Of a stretch of DNA of 64,000 nt, positions 19,395 to 28,392 are shown in pieces. Each line of letters starts with the position of its first letter. Within the stretch, counting starts at the first letter, position 1. Location of the stretch: contig OZ253580.1 of NCBI GenBank assembly GCA_965263035.1, positions 2,528,001-2,592,000 of the forward strand, in the 5' to 3' direction. The notes under the pieces are model-generated. The model was not told the DNA's origin, ran no database searches, and was given only the letters and a program-made list of their open reading frames with translations. The stretch comes from Acidobacteriota bacterium (GTDB taxonomy: Bacteria; Acidobacteriota; UBA6911; RPQK01; JAJDTT01). Both the position numbers and the translations under genes were made by a program.

Positions 19395-19955
19395 TCAGCG
19401 CGTGATCAGGGCGCGCACGGCCCGATAGTCCTCCTGAGCATCTCTTTGCTGCAAGTCCAGGACCTGCAGATCCTGATGGATCTGGCCCATGTCCCGCTCC
19501 AGGTCGTCGCGCACCTGGAGCAGAGCCTGTCCGATGAGGCGCCGCTCCTCCTCCTGCCGCGCGACCGCCACGTCGTTGATCATCGTCTCCAATTCCTGGC
19601 GCGTCACCTCCAAGGTGGCCCGTTCCACCCAGCCCAGATCCCGGGCGATGACCGTCATCCCCAGAAGAATCAGGATGCAGGCCGCCGCCTTGTAGACGAC
19701 TTTCCAGGCCGGAATCCGGTCGATCCCGCGGAGGAAACCGAGGACCTTGGCGCCGGAACCGGCGCGGGCCTCGGGAACCGCCTGGTCCAGCTCCCACTGG
19801 CCCAACAGGGAACGAGTCTCCACCAACTCCAGGTATTCGGCCTTGCAATCGGGGCAACTCTCCAAGTGGCGGAAAAACTCCAGGCAGCGATCGGGGCTCA
19901 GCTCCTCTCCGTAGAGGACGTCCATCATCCGCTCGTGCATGGCCGTGCAGCTCAT
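19395..19955 (-). CDS. zinc-finger (ZAS, zf-HC2) anti-sigma factor
   Basis: HLESCPDC (HxxxCxxC), single TM helix, ATGA overlap with the sigma stop. Confidence 0.88.
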   Translation of the reverse strand: MSCTAMHERMMDVLYGEELSPDRCLEFFRHLESCPDCKAEYLELVETRSLLGQWELDQAVPEARAGSGAKVLGFLRGIDRIPAWKVVYKAAACILILLGMTVIARDLGWVERATLEVTRQELETMINDVAVARQEEERRLIGQALLQVRDDLERDMGQIHQDLQVLDLQQRDAQEDYRAVRALITR

Positions 19956-20500
19956 AGTCTCTTCTCCATCAATCTTCTCAACGTCTTCAATCCCAGATAC
20001 ATGCGCGATTTCACCGTGGAAAGGGGCAGATCCAGAACCTGAGCGATCTCGCGGAACTTCAGGCCCTGATATTCCTTCATCAAGATGACCGTCCTCTGCT
20101 TCTCGGGCAGCTTCAACAGGGCCTCCCGAAGCAGCCGGACCGTCTCCTTGGTGGCCAGAGCCTGCTCGGGCGTCGGCTGGTCGGCCTTGGTCAGCGGCGC
20201 CTCGACCGACTCCAGCAGCGGCACCGTGTCCCAGCGGCGGCGGCGAAAACGCATCCGGCACTCGTTGAGGGCGATCTTGTAGAGCCAGGAGGAGAAGCGC
20301 CTGGGATCGGTCAGGCGGCCCAGGTTCTTGTACGCCTTAACAAAGGTCTCCTGGGTCAGATCGCGGGCTTCCTCCCGATTGCCGACGTAGCGGTAGATGA
20401 AGCCGTAGATCCTCCGCTCCCACCGGGTCACCAGCTCGCCGAAGCAGCCGCCGTCTCCGGCCAACGCCAACTGGAGTAGATTCTCGTCGCTGAAACTCAT
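19952..20500 (-). CDS. ECF RNA polymerase sigma factor
   Basis: Region 2 DLTQETFVKAY and FSSWLYKIALN; region 4 LPEKQR...EIAQVLDLPLSTVKSR. Confidence 0.95.
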   Translation of the reverse strand: MSFSDENLLQLALAGDGGCFGELVTRWERRIYGFIYRYVGNREEARDLTQETFVKAYKNLGRLTDPRRFSSWLYKIALNECRMRFRRRRWDTVPLLESVEAPLTKADQPTPEQALATKETVRLLREALLKLPEKQRTVILMKEYQGLKFREIAQVLDLPLSTVKSRMYLGLKTLRRLMEKRL

Positions 20501-20629
20501 CCTCGTTCCTGTTTGATGAGGATGCGCCATTTCGTTCGAAAGTCTAAAGAAAAAACGTTTTCGGTCTGAATTCCCGAGGGCCGGTCAACGTCATTATCGC
20601 AGAAAGACTTTTCTTTGATCGAGGCGCCG

Positions 20630-20875
20630 ACCAAGCTCCGGCTCCAAGGCCGGAGCCAGGTTTCGACCGCGGCAACTGGCTGCCAGTTTACCAGTTACGC
20701 CCGAGTCTGACGGATCGGCCGCGTCTCTCGGCGCGGGTTTGGCCTCGAAGTTGCTTAGTGACGTACCCCCGAGACTCCGGCTACGGACTGGATCGGGTGG
20801 GGCCGCCGGTAATACCTGTGCTTCGCAGAAACAGGGTGGGAACCCGGCGGCCCCATCCGTCCTTACGGGGGACCG
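20630..20875 (-). ncRNA. unassigned structured RNA candidate (leader or sRNA) upstream of the ECF sigma/T2SS operon
   Basis: Several nested stems with minus-strand GNRA-type loops (GAGA, GUAA); no family recognised. Confidence 0.35.
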
Positions 20876-20939
20876 CCGGAGGATTCGCGACCGAGAACGC
20901 ACCTCCCGAACTCTGACCTGATTTTCCGAATGGAACGGG

Positions 20940-20970
20940 AATGAAATAGTGGCGAGGAACCCGCCACTAT
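20940..20970 (-). terminator. possible intrinsic terminator downstream of the M23 gene
   Basis: ATAGTGGCG-GGTTCCT-CGCCACTAT hairpin followed by a short T-rich run on the minus strand. Confidence 0.4.
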
Positions 20971-20992
20971 CCGGCACTATCCGGCACTAGGG

Positions 20993-21152
20993 GAGTCTGC
21001 GCGGTAGAAATGATCGTAGCGAGAAAGTGGGGAATCGAGGCCGGATTTTCTCGATTTGGAGGTGCATAGTTGTTCTATTCGCCGAGAAATCGGGGAAATA
21101 TGGACCGATTCTACCGCTTTCGCAGTAGCTCAATTTCTGCCGCGCAGGCTCC
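20993..21152. mobile_element. MITE family A, copy 3 (inverted), inserted at the M23 gene stop codon
   Basis: Reverse complement of copies 1 and 2; CTAG on both flanks. Confidence 0.85.
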
Positions 21153-22033
21153 TAGTAACGGAAGAAGCGGACGGGATTCAGGGGACGGCTGCCGAGCTGA
21201 ATTTCGTAGTGGAGATGAGGGCCGGTGGTGCGGCCCGTGGAACCGACGTATCCGACGATGTCTCCACGTTGGACCTTCTGCCCCACCTTGACGTTGACCT
21301 CGGCCAGATGGCCATAGCGGGTGACGATGCCGAAACGGTGGCGGAGGCTGACCAACCGGCCGTACCCATGGTGCCAGCCGGCGCGGGTCACTTCCCCATC
21401 GCTGGTGGCCACGACCTTGGCGCCGCGAGGGGCCGAAATGTCGACGCCGGGATGGAATTCCCTGTTTCCGGTGAAGGGGTCGCTCCGGTAGCCGTATCCG
21501 CCCGACGGATACCCCCGCACCGGCATCACGGTGGGCAGGGCGGACTGAAGGATGCTGCGAGTCGTGTAGTAATCCTGAAACCGGCGCAACTCACTCTCCA
21601 AAGTCATCCGCCGACCGTCCAGGGTCCGGAAACGCTTCAGGAGGTCTCCATGATCCAGGGTCAGGAGTGGGCGAGCCACCTGGCCGGGGCCGCCGGCGCC
21701 GCCCATGCCGTCGTCATCGTTCTCGGAGAGGAACTTGAGCCGGGTGGCGGTCACTTCCAGCGAGGAGATCTGGTCGGTCAACTTGCCGGAGACGGCCCTC
21801 AGACCCGCATTTTCCTGCCGCATGCGGGCGACCTCCGTCTCGAGCTGGACCACGTGGACGGTTCGTTCCGCCATCCACCAGTAATGGAGCATGGAGAACA
21901 GGAAGGAGAGAAACAGGACACCGCCGAGCAGACCGACAACGGACGTCAGGACCACGGGCAGGGAATACTTCCTGGCGCCCTCGCTCCCGGAACGAGCGAT
22001 AATCAGGGTATAGGTTTCACCAGCTTTGAACAC
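21152..22033 (-). CDS. M23 family metallopeptidase with an N-terminal TM helix and coiled coil
   Basis: RSDPFTG...FHPGVD, YGHL, GSTGRTTGPHLHYE. Confidence 0.93.
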   Translation of the reverse strand: MFKAGETYTLIIARSGSEGARKYSLPVVLTSVVGLLGGVLFLSFLFSMLHYWWMAERTVHVVQLETEVARMRQENAGLRAVSGKLTDQISSLEVTATRLKFLSENDDDGMGGAGGPGQVARPLLTLDHGDLLKRFRTLDGRRMTLESELRRFQDYYTTRSILQSALPTVMPVRGYPSGGYGYRSDPFTGNREFHPGVDISAPRGAKVVATSDGEVTRAGWHHGYGRLVSLRHRFGIVTRYGHLAEVNVKVGQKVQRGDIVGYVGSTGRTTGPHLHYEIQLGSRPLNPVRFFRY

Positions 22034-22182
22034 TGTTGCCTGCTTTGAGAGATGGGGACGAGTCCGACCGCGGTTTCCCGTCCGGAGGCGCCCCATCAGC
22101 CATCAGGCGCCGGTCAGGACATCGAGAGTCGGATTCTAGTTTGGACTCTTCCGGAAAGTCAATGCCGGAGAGAAAAGAGGAA

Positions 22183-22323
22183 AGAGAAAAGATCCCCCAC
22201 CGGCCCGGTCCGGCGGACACCCGGTAGAAAAAGGGTAGGAGCGCCGGTTTCCAACCACCGAACTCCGCTGGAGCATGGACGAATGGGCGACTGGAAGTCG
22301 CCCCTCCTTGTTTCTTAGAAGAG
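22183..22323 (+). repeat. about 140-bp composite REP-containing (REPIN-like) element, copy A
   Basis: Near-identical inverted copy at 31920-32060. Confidence 0.85.
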
Positions 22324-22527
22324 GAAAGAGTTGGCGTTGGGCCGCCGGGTGTGATGAACCGAGGCCATGCGATGCTTGGGACATCGTGAGCCGGTAGAGA
22401 GATGACGTGTTGCGGCTCCCGGGGGGCCGAAGATATCTTCCCACAAGAGTCACATATCTCGAACGGCGCCGTTCGACCACCCGATTCACCTGACATCTCT
22501 TCACTCTTTCCTCCTTTCCTCCGTCTA

Positions 22528-25500
22528 CTACTGACTCCTGATTTCATTACTGGCGTACCTGCCGAGTTCGCCGTCGATTCGGATCTCGGCGGCCAGCCGG
22601 AACTCTCCAGGCGCCGACGGCGTGTAGGCGCAGAGTTGGCCGGTGGATTGGGTTCCTTCCACGTCCGCCCACTCGGCGTCCGAGGACGCACGGGTCTGCC
22701 ATCCGGAATTGACGACGGCGTAGTGGGCGCCATCGATGACGGCGTCCTCCAATCCGATGCAACCTGACGTCGAAATGGGTCCGAACGTCACCTGGCCGGG
22801 CGATACCGAGAGCAACTCCAGCCGCGTGTAGGAGCCGTCTTCCAATCCGACCTCGTCGGCGCCGACCCGCTCGAAGACCACGATGCCTTCGTCGGCCGTG
22901 TCGACGTACGCGTGCCTGCCGTCGGGACTGGTCGCGAGACTCCGAGTCTCGCCGAATTCGGGCACCGGGTTGTTGAAGCGGTCCGGCTGCCGAATCGACA
23001 CGTAGTCGGTCAGCGCGACTTCACCGGATTGGACTCCATCGGGTCCCCCTTCGCCGTTCTCGGCTTCATCGGTTCCGGGCCGCCACTCGACGTCGTAGGC
23101 CAGATCCGTACAGAAGACGTCCACCGCAGGAGTTCCATGCCGCGCGCCGGCAAGCCCGCACCGATTCCTCGACAGGAAAGGGGAAAAGCCTGGGAACTGG
23201 TTGAAGCCAGGGACAATTTGAGGTCCCGACAGAGTCAGGCGCAGGGTTCCCAACGGACTCGGATCGGTGGGATCCGCTTCCAGGTCGAACACCGTCGTGG
23301 TCTGGCCATCGTCGTGGAAGACGAACAGATGCCGGTCGTCGCCGGTGATGGCCAGCGCTTCCAAGCCGAAGAGCGGATTCATACCCTTGGTTGCGTCCGT
23401 GAGCATCCCCGTTTCGGCGTCGCGTTCGTAGACGTGCAACGAACGGAACGTCCCCGCGTAGACGTGACTCCCACCATTGGAGATCAGGGCCCGTGTGAGT
23501 CCCGGGACCTCCAGGGTCTGGACATGCGGCAGTTCGCCCGGGGTATCCAAGGCCAGGACCTGCAACCGGTCGGCGCCGGGAAGGACCGCGTTGAGGAACG
23601 AGCCTTCGCCGTCCAGGAACAGGTCGCCGAATACTCCGGTGCTGCACTCGGCAGCGGCCGGCGGACCTCCGGTGACCGGAATCGTTCCCTCGTCCTCCAG
23701 TTTCCGTTGGGTCTCATCGAGGGGTGCGAAACTGCGCCAGGTCCCGCAGCGATGGGCGTAGAGCCGGTCTCGATGCGGATCCCAGATCAGAGAACTGTCT
23801 TCCAGGCCGTCGTCTTCCAATTGTTGGACAGAAGCCAGGCCCCCGGTCTTGGAGTTGCGTTCGAAGACTTGCAGCCCCAGCTTCGACGCCGCGTACAGAG
23901 CCGTGCCGCGGTCGTTGAAGACCAGGTTGGTGGGCCCTCGGAGCCGTACCGAGGCGCCGTTGGCGTCCCGGCCGCCGTCGGCCAGGCGTCCGGCGTATTT
24001 TAGCCAGACCGGAGGATCGGTCTCCTCCCAGTTCAGGGTGAAGTCGCCGCCCGGATGGGCGCCGCGGGCTCCCAATCGAATCGTGTAGCGGCTTCCCGCC
24101 TCGCCGCGGAAGACGATCTCGACGGCGTCGGAAATGATGCTCTCCGGCTGGTGGCTGCTCCTCACGAACTCAATCGATCCGGACCCGTCGGTACGGTCCT
24201 CGTAGACGGAAAGCACCCAGGGACTGTAGGGGTCGTCCAGCCAGAAGCGAACCCAACCGTCCGCGGGCGCTTCGTAGGTCCACCAGAGGGACGAGTGTCC
24301 CAACATTGACGTCCGTTCCCCCCGTTCGGTGGAGGCAAAACGATTCGATTCGGAGACGGAGCCGGCCGCTTCCTCCAGCACCGTCGCGCTCGCCAGATTG
24401 TCGTTGCCTGGGGTCGGTCCCCAAATCATCGTGGCGTACGCGGTGCGCAGCGCATAGGCCAAAAGACTTCGCGCCGGAAAACCGGCCGCGATCCAGTATC
24501 GCTGTCCGCCCGTGGCCTGGAACACGAAATCGGACGGCACGACGTTGGGCGGTGTCTGCGCCACCAGTTCCAGGTCTTCGATGGAGGTACCGGCGAATAC
24601 GGTCACCCGCAAATAGGAATAAGTGAAGGAGTCCTGGAGCCGCCAGGTGTAGCGGCCGTCCTCCGGAGCTTCCCAGACCCACCACCGGGTCCGGACCCCG
24701 GTTTCGGCAGGCTCGCCCGGCTCCACCGTTGCCATGCCGTCGATGCCAATGAAGAATTGGGACGAGGGGACACTCTCGAGCGGGATCGCCCCGATACGCT
24801 GATCGTTGTCGAGGACGGCTACTCTCACCAATGCATCCCAACTCAACTCGTAGGAACCACTGGGCGCTTGGGCGCTGGGAGCGGCGACCGCGATACGATA
24901 TTCGTTCCCGGCGGCCGCCGGGAACCAAGCCTCCGAACGGGGCAGTTGGGAGACCAGTCGAAGGGCCGGAATGCCGTCTCCCTCGAATACGAACACGCGC
25001 TTTGTGGGGTCACTGGAGAAACGCCACCAGCCGTCGTCCGGGGCCGTCCACCGGTACCAAGTCGTGCCCGCGTCTACTAAGAACCACTCGCCCGGTTCCA
25101 GGGTGGCGCCCTGACTGGTGCCTCCCACGGCGCCACTGGCACCCTTCAGCACGGCGGCCCGGTCGAGGTCGTCGTTGACCGGGCGGTCCCCCTGGGACCA
25201 ACGAAGATCGAGCGCGGTCCCCCGGCTCCTGTGGCTCACCCGGACCCGGTAGGTTTCCCCCTCCCCGGCGAAAAAGATCGCTCCCCACAGATCCGATGCG
25301 ACTCGCTCCAGCGCCGCGATGGCGTCACCGCTGAAAACGTCGACGCGGTCGTCGCGCCCGTCCCCGAGCTCGCCCGGCGGGTGGATATTGAAACGGACTG
25401 CACCGTCTGCCGGCGCCGTCCACCGATACCAGACCGAACCGGCGGGCCGCCCCTGACGGGCAGTGAAAAACGGTTCTCCCGGCTCCGGTGTCGCCAGCAG

Positions 25501-28350
25501 CAGATCCACCGTATGAACTCCATGCTCGCCTTCGATGACGGCCGCTGTCGCGAAGTCGTCATTGGCGGGGCGTTCGATCATTCCCGAGCCGCCGCTTCCG
25601 CCGGAGGCGACTTCCACCGAGACGGACGCCCCCTTGGCATTCCAGGCGCTCGCCGTGAAGTAAAGACGGACCGGATCCGCTTCCCCGCCGGACGAAATGA
25701 CGAACCGGACTTCCTGGGTCTCGCCGGCGGCAATCTCGCCGAGCGGGATCGACGAACCCAGCGGGATCGGAGAACCTGCAGGAATCGGCGGCAGCGGAGG
25801 AACCGAAGGCGCCGGCTCGTCCGATACCCGGGGAGGGACCGCCGATGCGAGTTCATCCGACAGATCGACCCAGATCCCGTCCTCGCGAGACACCGCCATG
25901 GAGCGGATCCGGATCTGCTCGCACCCGGAGGCCTCCCCCGTGTCCCGGCAGTCCAGGTGCAGCCGGCTCCCGGCCGCCACGTACTGGTCCGCCGTCACCG
26001 TCAGGTTCAGCTCCTGCTCCCCCTCCCCCGCCAGAATGGTTCGGTCGGTGTCGATCATCAGGCTCGGGGTGGATGCGCCCCGGATCACCGTCCACGCCAG
26101 CCCCGCCCGGGGAGGCGCGGTGTAGACCCGCCGCGCCACGATCTTCGCCCGGTACCTGCCCGGCTGCGGATTCCTCAGGATGATCCATTCCACGTTGTCC
26201 ACCCGGGACACGGAAGAATGCTCTCCGCACGCTCCCTCGCCGCAATCTCCGTCCCGGTCCAGCCACAGGTCCAGATCGTTCAAGACCGTGCTGGCAATGG
26301 TGTCCGCCGGGGGTTCGTCCCAGGTCATCACCAGGTCGAGACGGCTGGCGCCCTCGGGCACCTCGATGTCCTGGAAGGTGAACTCTCCCTCCTGCAGCTC
26401 GGCAACCGCACCGCCGCCGATCCAGCCGTCCGCCCCGTCCCGGTTCAGGATGCCGGTGCGCGCCGACGCCTTGCCCAGCCCGTACTGCGCCTGCAGCGGC
26501 CCCGGCCCGCCGGTGTTGGTCGAGGGGAAGGCCTCGGGAGCGTCCAGCCACGGGTCCGGCCGGATCGCACCCGCCATCAGTCTCGCACGCGCCAACGCCG
26601 GATGTTCCCGGTGCTCCGGGGCCGCATCCAGCAGCAGGGCGGCTACCCCTGCCGTCGTGGGTGAGGCCATGCTGGTTCCGCTGATCGCCCGATACTCGCC
26701 ACGGCTCCCGCCACCGAGGGTCGAGTGGACGCGGACACCGGTGGCAACGACCTGAGGCGCCAGGCGTCCGTCCGCCGTGGGTCCGTGGCTGCTGAACGGA
26801 GCGATGTCGCCGCTGTCCAGGGCAGCTCCCACGGAGAGGGAGCTCTTGGCGGCTCCGAAGTCGGAAAAGCCATCGATCGATTCGTTCGACTGCGCAACGA
26901 CGTAGAGCTGGCGGTGGCCCCAGACGATGGAGTCGAGCTTGCGTTCGCTGATTCCCCGGCCCTCGAACGTCCTGGAGGAAGCGCCGAGGCTCATGTTGAC
27001 GATCAGGGGCTTGAGGGGTACGGATGCCTGGCCCGGTTCGGCGCACTCCGTCGCCTCGGCCAGGAAGTCCATCCCCCCCAAGATCCCGTCCAGTCCCCCG
27101 AATCCAAAACTATTGAGCACCCTCGCAAAACGGATGTGCCGCACCGACGGCGCCATGCCGGCGAAACGGGGCTGGACGGCACCGTTCCCGACCATGGTCC
27201 CGGTGACGTGGGTCCCGTGAGCGCCGGAATCGATCCACAGATCCTCGGCTTCTTCCGCGGGAGACGAGAACAAGGTGATCCAGGCGAGGTTGGCGCCGCA
27301 GATGCTCTCCCGGTTCGACGAGATGTCCAGGTGATTGATGTTGAGCCCCGAGTCCATGACGCCGATGGGAACCGAAGCGCCGCCCATGCCCGAGAAGATC
27401 CCGGGGGAGCCGCCGTAAGCACGCAACGCGTCCGCGCCCATGGCCGGAACGGACGTGTCGTGAGCCGCTTTGACAATGCTCACCGGCTCCACGGCCAGCA
27501 CGTAGTCCGCCGCGGCGATGGCTTCCACTTGACCGTAGGCTACGTTGGCCGCATACGCCCGCAGGTCCGGATCGAACCGGCCCACCACGGCGCCCAGGTC
27601 CTCCAACGCTCGCCGCCACCGGCCGTCGGGATCGTCCGCCATCAGGGTGATGAACACCGGCGTCTGTTCCTGAGAGGGGGCGTCCAACAGCTCGCGCGCA
27701 AACGCCTCCGGAAATTTCCGCTCCGGAGGTACGGCGCCCAGCCCATCGACTTCCGGCAGGGAAACGATCTCCTGCAGCAAGGTCGGATCACCGGGCAGTT
27801 GGGCTCGTACCAGGTTGCCTGAGGAACCGTGGGCTGTTGCTCCCAAGTCGGAGAGCGGCCCCGCTACATCCTCCGGCTTCGCATCGCCGGCCAGCCGGAT
27901 CCAGCCGAAGGACCAGTCCCGTCCCGCGTCGGCCGCCTGGGCGGCGAGCGCTTCGATGGACGTGGCCGGGTCCAGCCAGTCCGGACCGGGACGCGACGGT
28001 TCGTCTTCGATGTCGACCTCGCCGGCGATTCGCGCGCGGGGCATCTCCCCGTGGTAGGAGACGAAGGAATATCCGTCGGGCGGCGAGGGAGGCGTTTCCT
28101 CCACGGAACGGTCGAGGAGGGGCGGCGTTTCGGCAGTTCGGGGCGGGGCCTGGATCTGCGGTTCCCGGACGATCCCCCGGCTTTCGGCTTCGATTCGGGC
28201 GATGGCGGCGCGGGTCGCCATGGCCTCCCCGGCCAGGGCCGGCTTCTGCTCTTCGCCGGGCGCCATGTAGTAGGCGATCAGCCCCGACAAGCCCGCCGCA
28301 ACGGCCAACGGCGCCAGGACTCGGATGGTTCTCTTATTTGCTGTCCGCAT
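22528..28350 (-). CDS. large S8 (subtilase) serine peptidase with repeated beta-sandwich modules and a C-terminal beta-propeller
   Basis: Catalytic triad VMDSG / HGTHVTG / GTSMAS; repeated (P)xND...EPGE...WYxWTAP units. Confidence 0.9.
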   Translation of the reverse strand: MRTANKRTIRVLAPLAVAAGLSGLIAYYMAPGEEQKPALAGEAMATRAAIARIEAESRGIVREPQIQAPPRTAETPPLLDRSVEETPPSPPDGYSFVSYHGEMPRARIAGEVDIEDEPSRPGPDWLDPATSIEALAAQAADAGRDWSFGWIRLAGDAKPEDVAGPLSDLGATAHGSSGNLVRAQLPGDPTLLQEIVSLPEVDGLGAVPPERKFPEAFARELLDAPSQEQTPVFITLMADDPDGRWRRALEDLGAVVGRFDPDLRAYAANVAYGQVEAIAAADYVLAVEPVSIVKAAHDTSVPAMGADALRAYGGSPGIFSGMGGASVPIGVMDSGLNINHLDISSNRESICGANLAWITLFSSPAEEAEDLWIDSGAHGTHVTGTMVGNGAVQPRFAGMAPSVRHIRFARVLNSFGFGGLDGILGGMDFLAEATECAEPGQASVPLKPLIVNMSLGASSRTFEGRGISERKLDSIVWGHRQLYVVAQSNESIDGFSDFGAAKSSLSVGAALDSGDIAPFSSHGPTADGRLAPQVVATGVRVHSTLGGGSRGEYRAISGTSMASPTTAGVAALLLDAAPEHREHPALARARLMAGAIRPDPWLDAPEAFPSTNTGGPGPLQAQYGLGKASARTGILNRDGADGWIGGGAVAELQEGEFTFQDIEVPEGASRLDLVMTWDEPPADTIASTVLNDLDLWLDRDGDCGEGACGEHSSVSRVDNVEWIILRNPQPGRYRAKIVARRVYTAPPRAGLAWTVIRGASTPSLMIDTDRTILAGEGEQELNLTVTADQYVAAGSRLHLDCRDTGEASGCEQIRIRSMAVSREDGIWVDLSDELASAVPPRVSDEPAPSVPPLPPIPAGSPIPLGSSIPLGEIAAGETQEVRFVISSGGEADPVRLYFTASAWNAKGASVSVEVASGGSGGSGMIERPANDDFATAAVIEGEHGVHTVDLLLATPEPGEPFFTARQGRPAGSVWYRWTAPADGAVRFNIHPPGELGDGRDDRVDVFSGDAIAALERVASDLWGAIFFAGEGETYRVRVSHRSRGTALDLRWSQGDRPVNDDLDRAAVLKGASGAVGGTSQGATLEPGEWFLVDAGTTWYRWTAPDDGWWRFSSDPTKRVFVFEGDGIPALRLVSQLPRSEAWFPAAAGNEYRIAVAAPSAQAPSGSYELSWDALVRVAVLDNDQRIGAIPLESVPSSQFFIGIDGMATVEPGEPAETGVRTRWWVWEAPEDGRYTWRLQDSFTYSYLRVTVFAGTSIEDLELVAQTPPNVVPSDFVFQATGGQRYWIAAGFPARSLLAYALRTAYATMIWGPTPGNDNLASATVLEEAAGSVSESNRFASTERGERTSMLGHSSLWWTYEAPADGWVRFWLDDPYSPWVLSVYEDRTDGSGSIEFVRSSHQPESIISDAVEIVFRGEAGSRYTIRLGARGAHPGGDFTLNWEETDPPVWLKYAGRLADGGRDANGASVRLRGPTNLVFNDRGTALYAASKLGLQVFERNSKTGGLASVQQLEDDGLEDSSLIWDPHRDRLYAHRCGTWRSFAPLDETQRKLEDEGTIPVTGGPPAAAECSTGVFGDLFLDGEGSFLNAVLPGADRLQVLALDTPGELPHVQTLEVPGLTRALISNGGSHVYAGTFRSLHVYERDAETGMLTDATKGMNPLFGLEALAITGDDRHLFVFHDDGQTTTVFDLEADPTDPSPLGTLRLTLSGPQIVPGFNQFPGFSPFLSRNRCGLAGARHGTPAVDVFCTDLAYDVEWRPGTDEAENGEGGPDGVQSGEVALTDYVSIRQPDRFNNPVPEFGETRSLATSPDGRHAYVDTADEGIVVFERVGADEVGLEDGSYTRLELLSVSPGQVTFGPISTSGCIGLEDAVIDGAHYAVVNSGWQTRASSDAEWADVEGTQSTGQLCAYTPSAPGEFRLAAEIRIDGELGRYASNEIRSQ

Positions 28351-28392
28351 AATCCACCTGCTTCTCTGACCCGAATTTCCTACCCGGGGCCT

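Noticed and set aside
20655-20670. GGTTTCGAC suggesting a tmRNA 5' end
   Set aside because: No GGGG acceptor start and no matching T-arm/CCA end
20670-20688. Sigma-54-like TGGCAGCCAGTTGC on the minus strand
   Set aside because: GG-to-GC spacing is 9 nt rather than the required 10
20715-20748. c-di-GMP-I riboswitch-like GGCCAAACC...GAGA hairpin
   Set aside because: Lacks the downstream GACGCAAAG segment and second conserved stem; kept only as part of the unassigned structure
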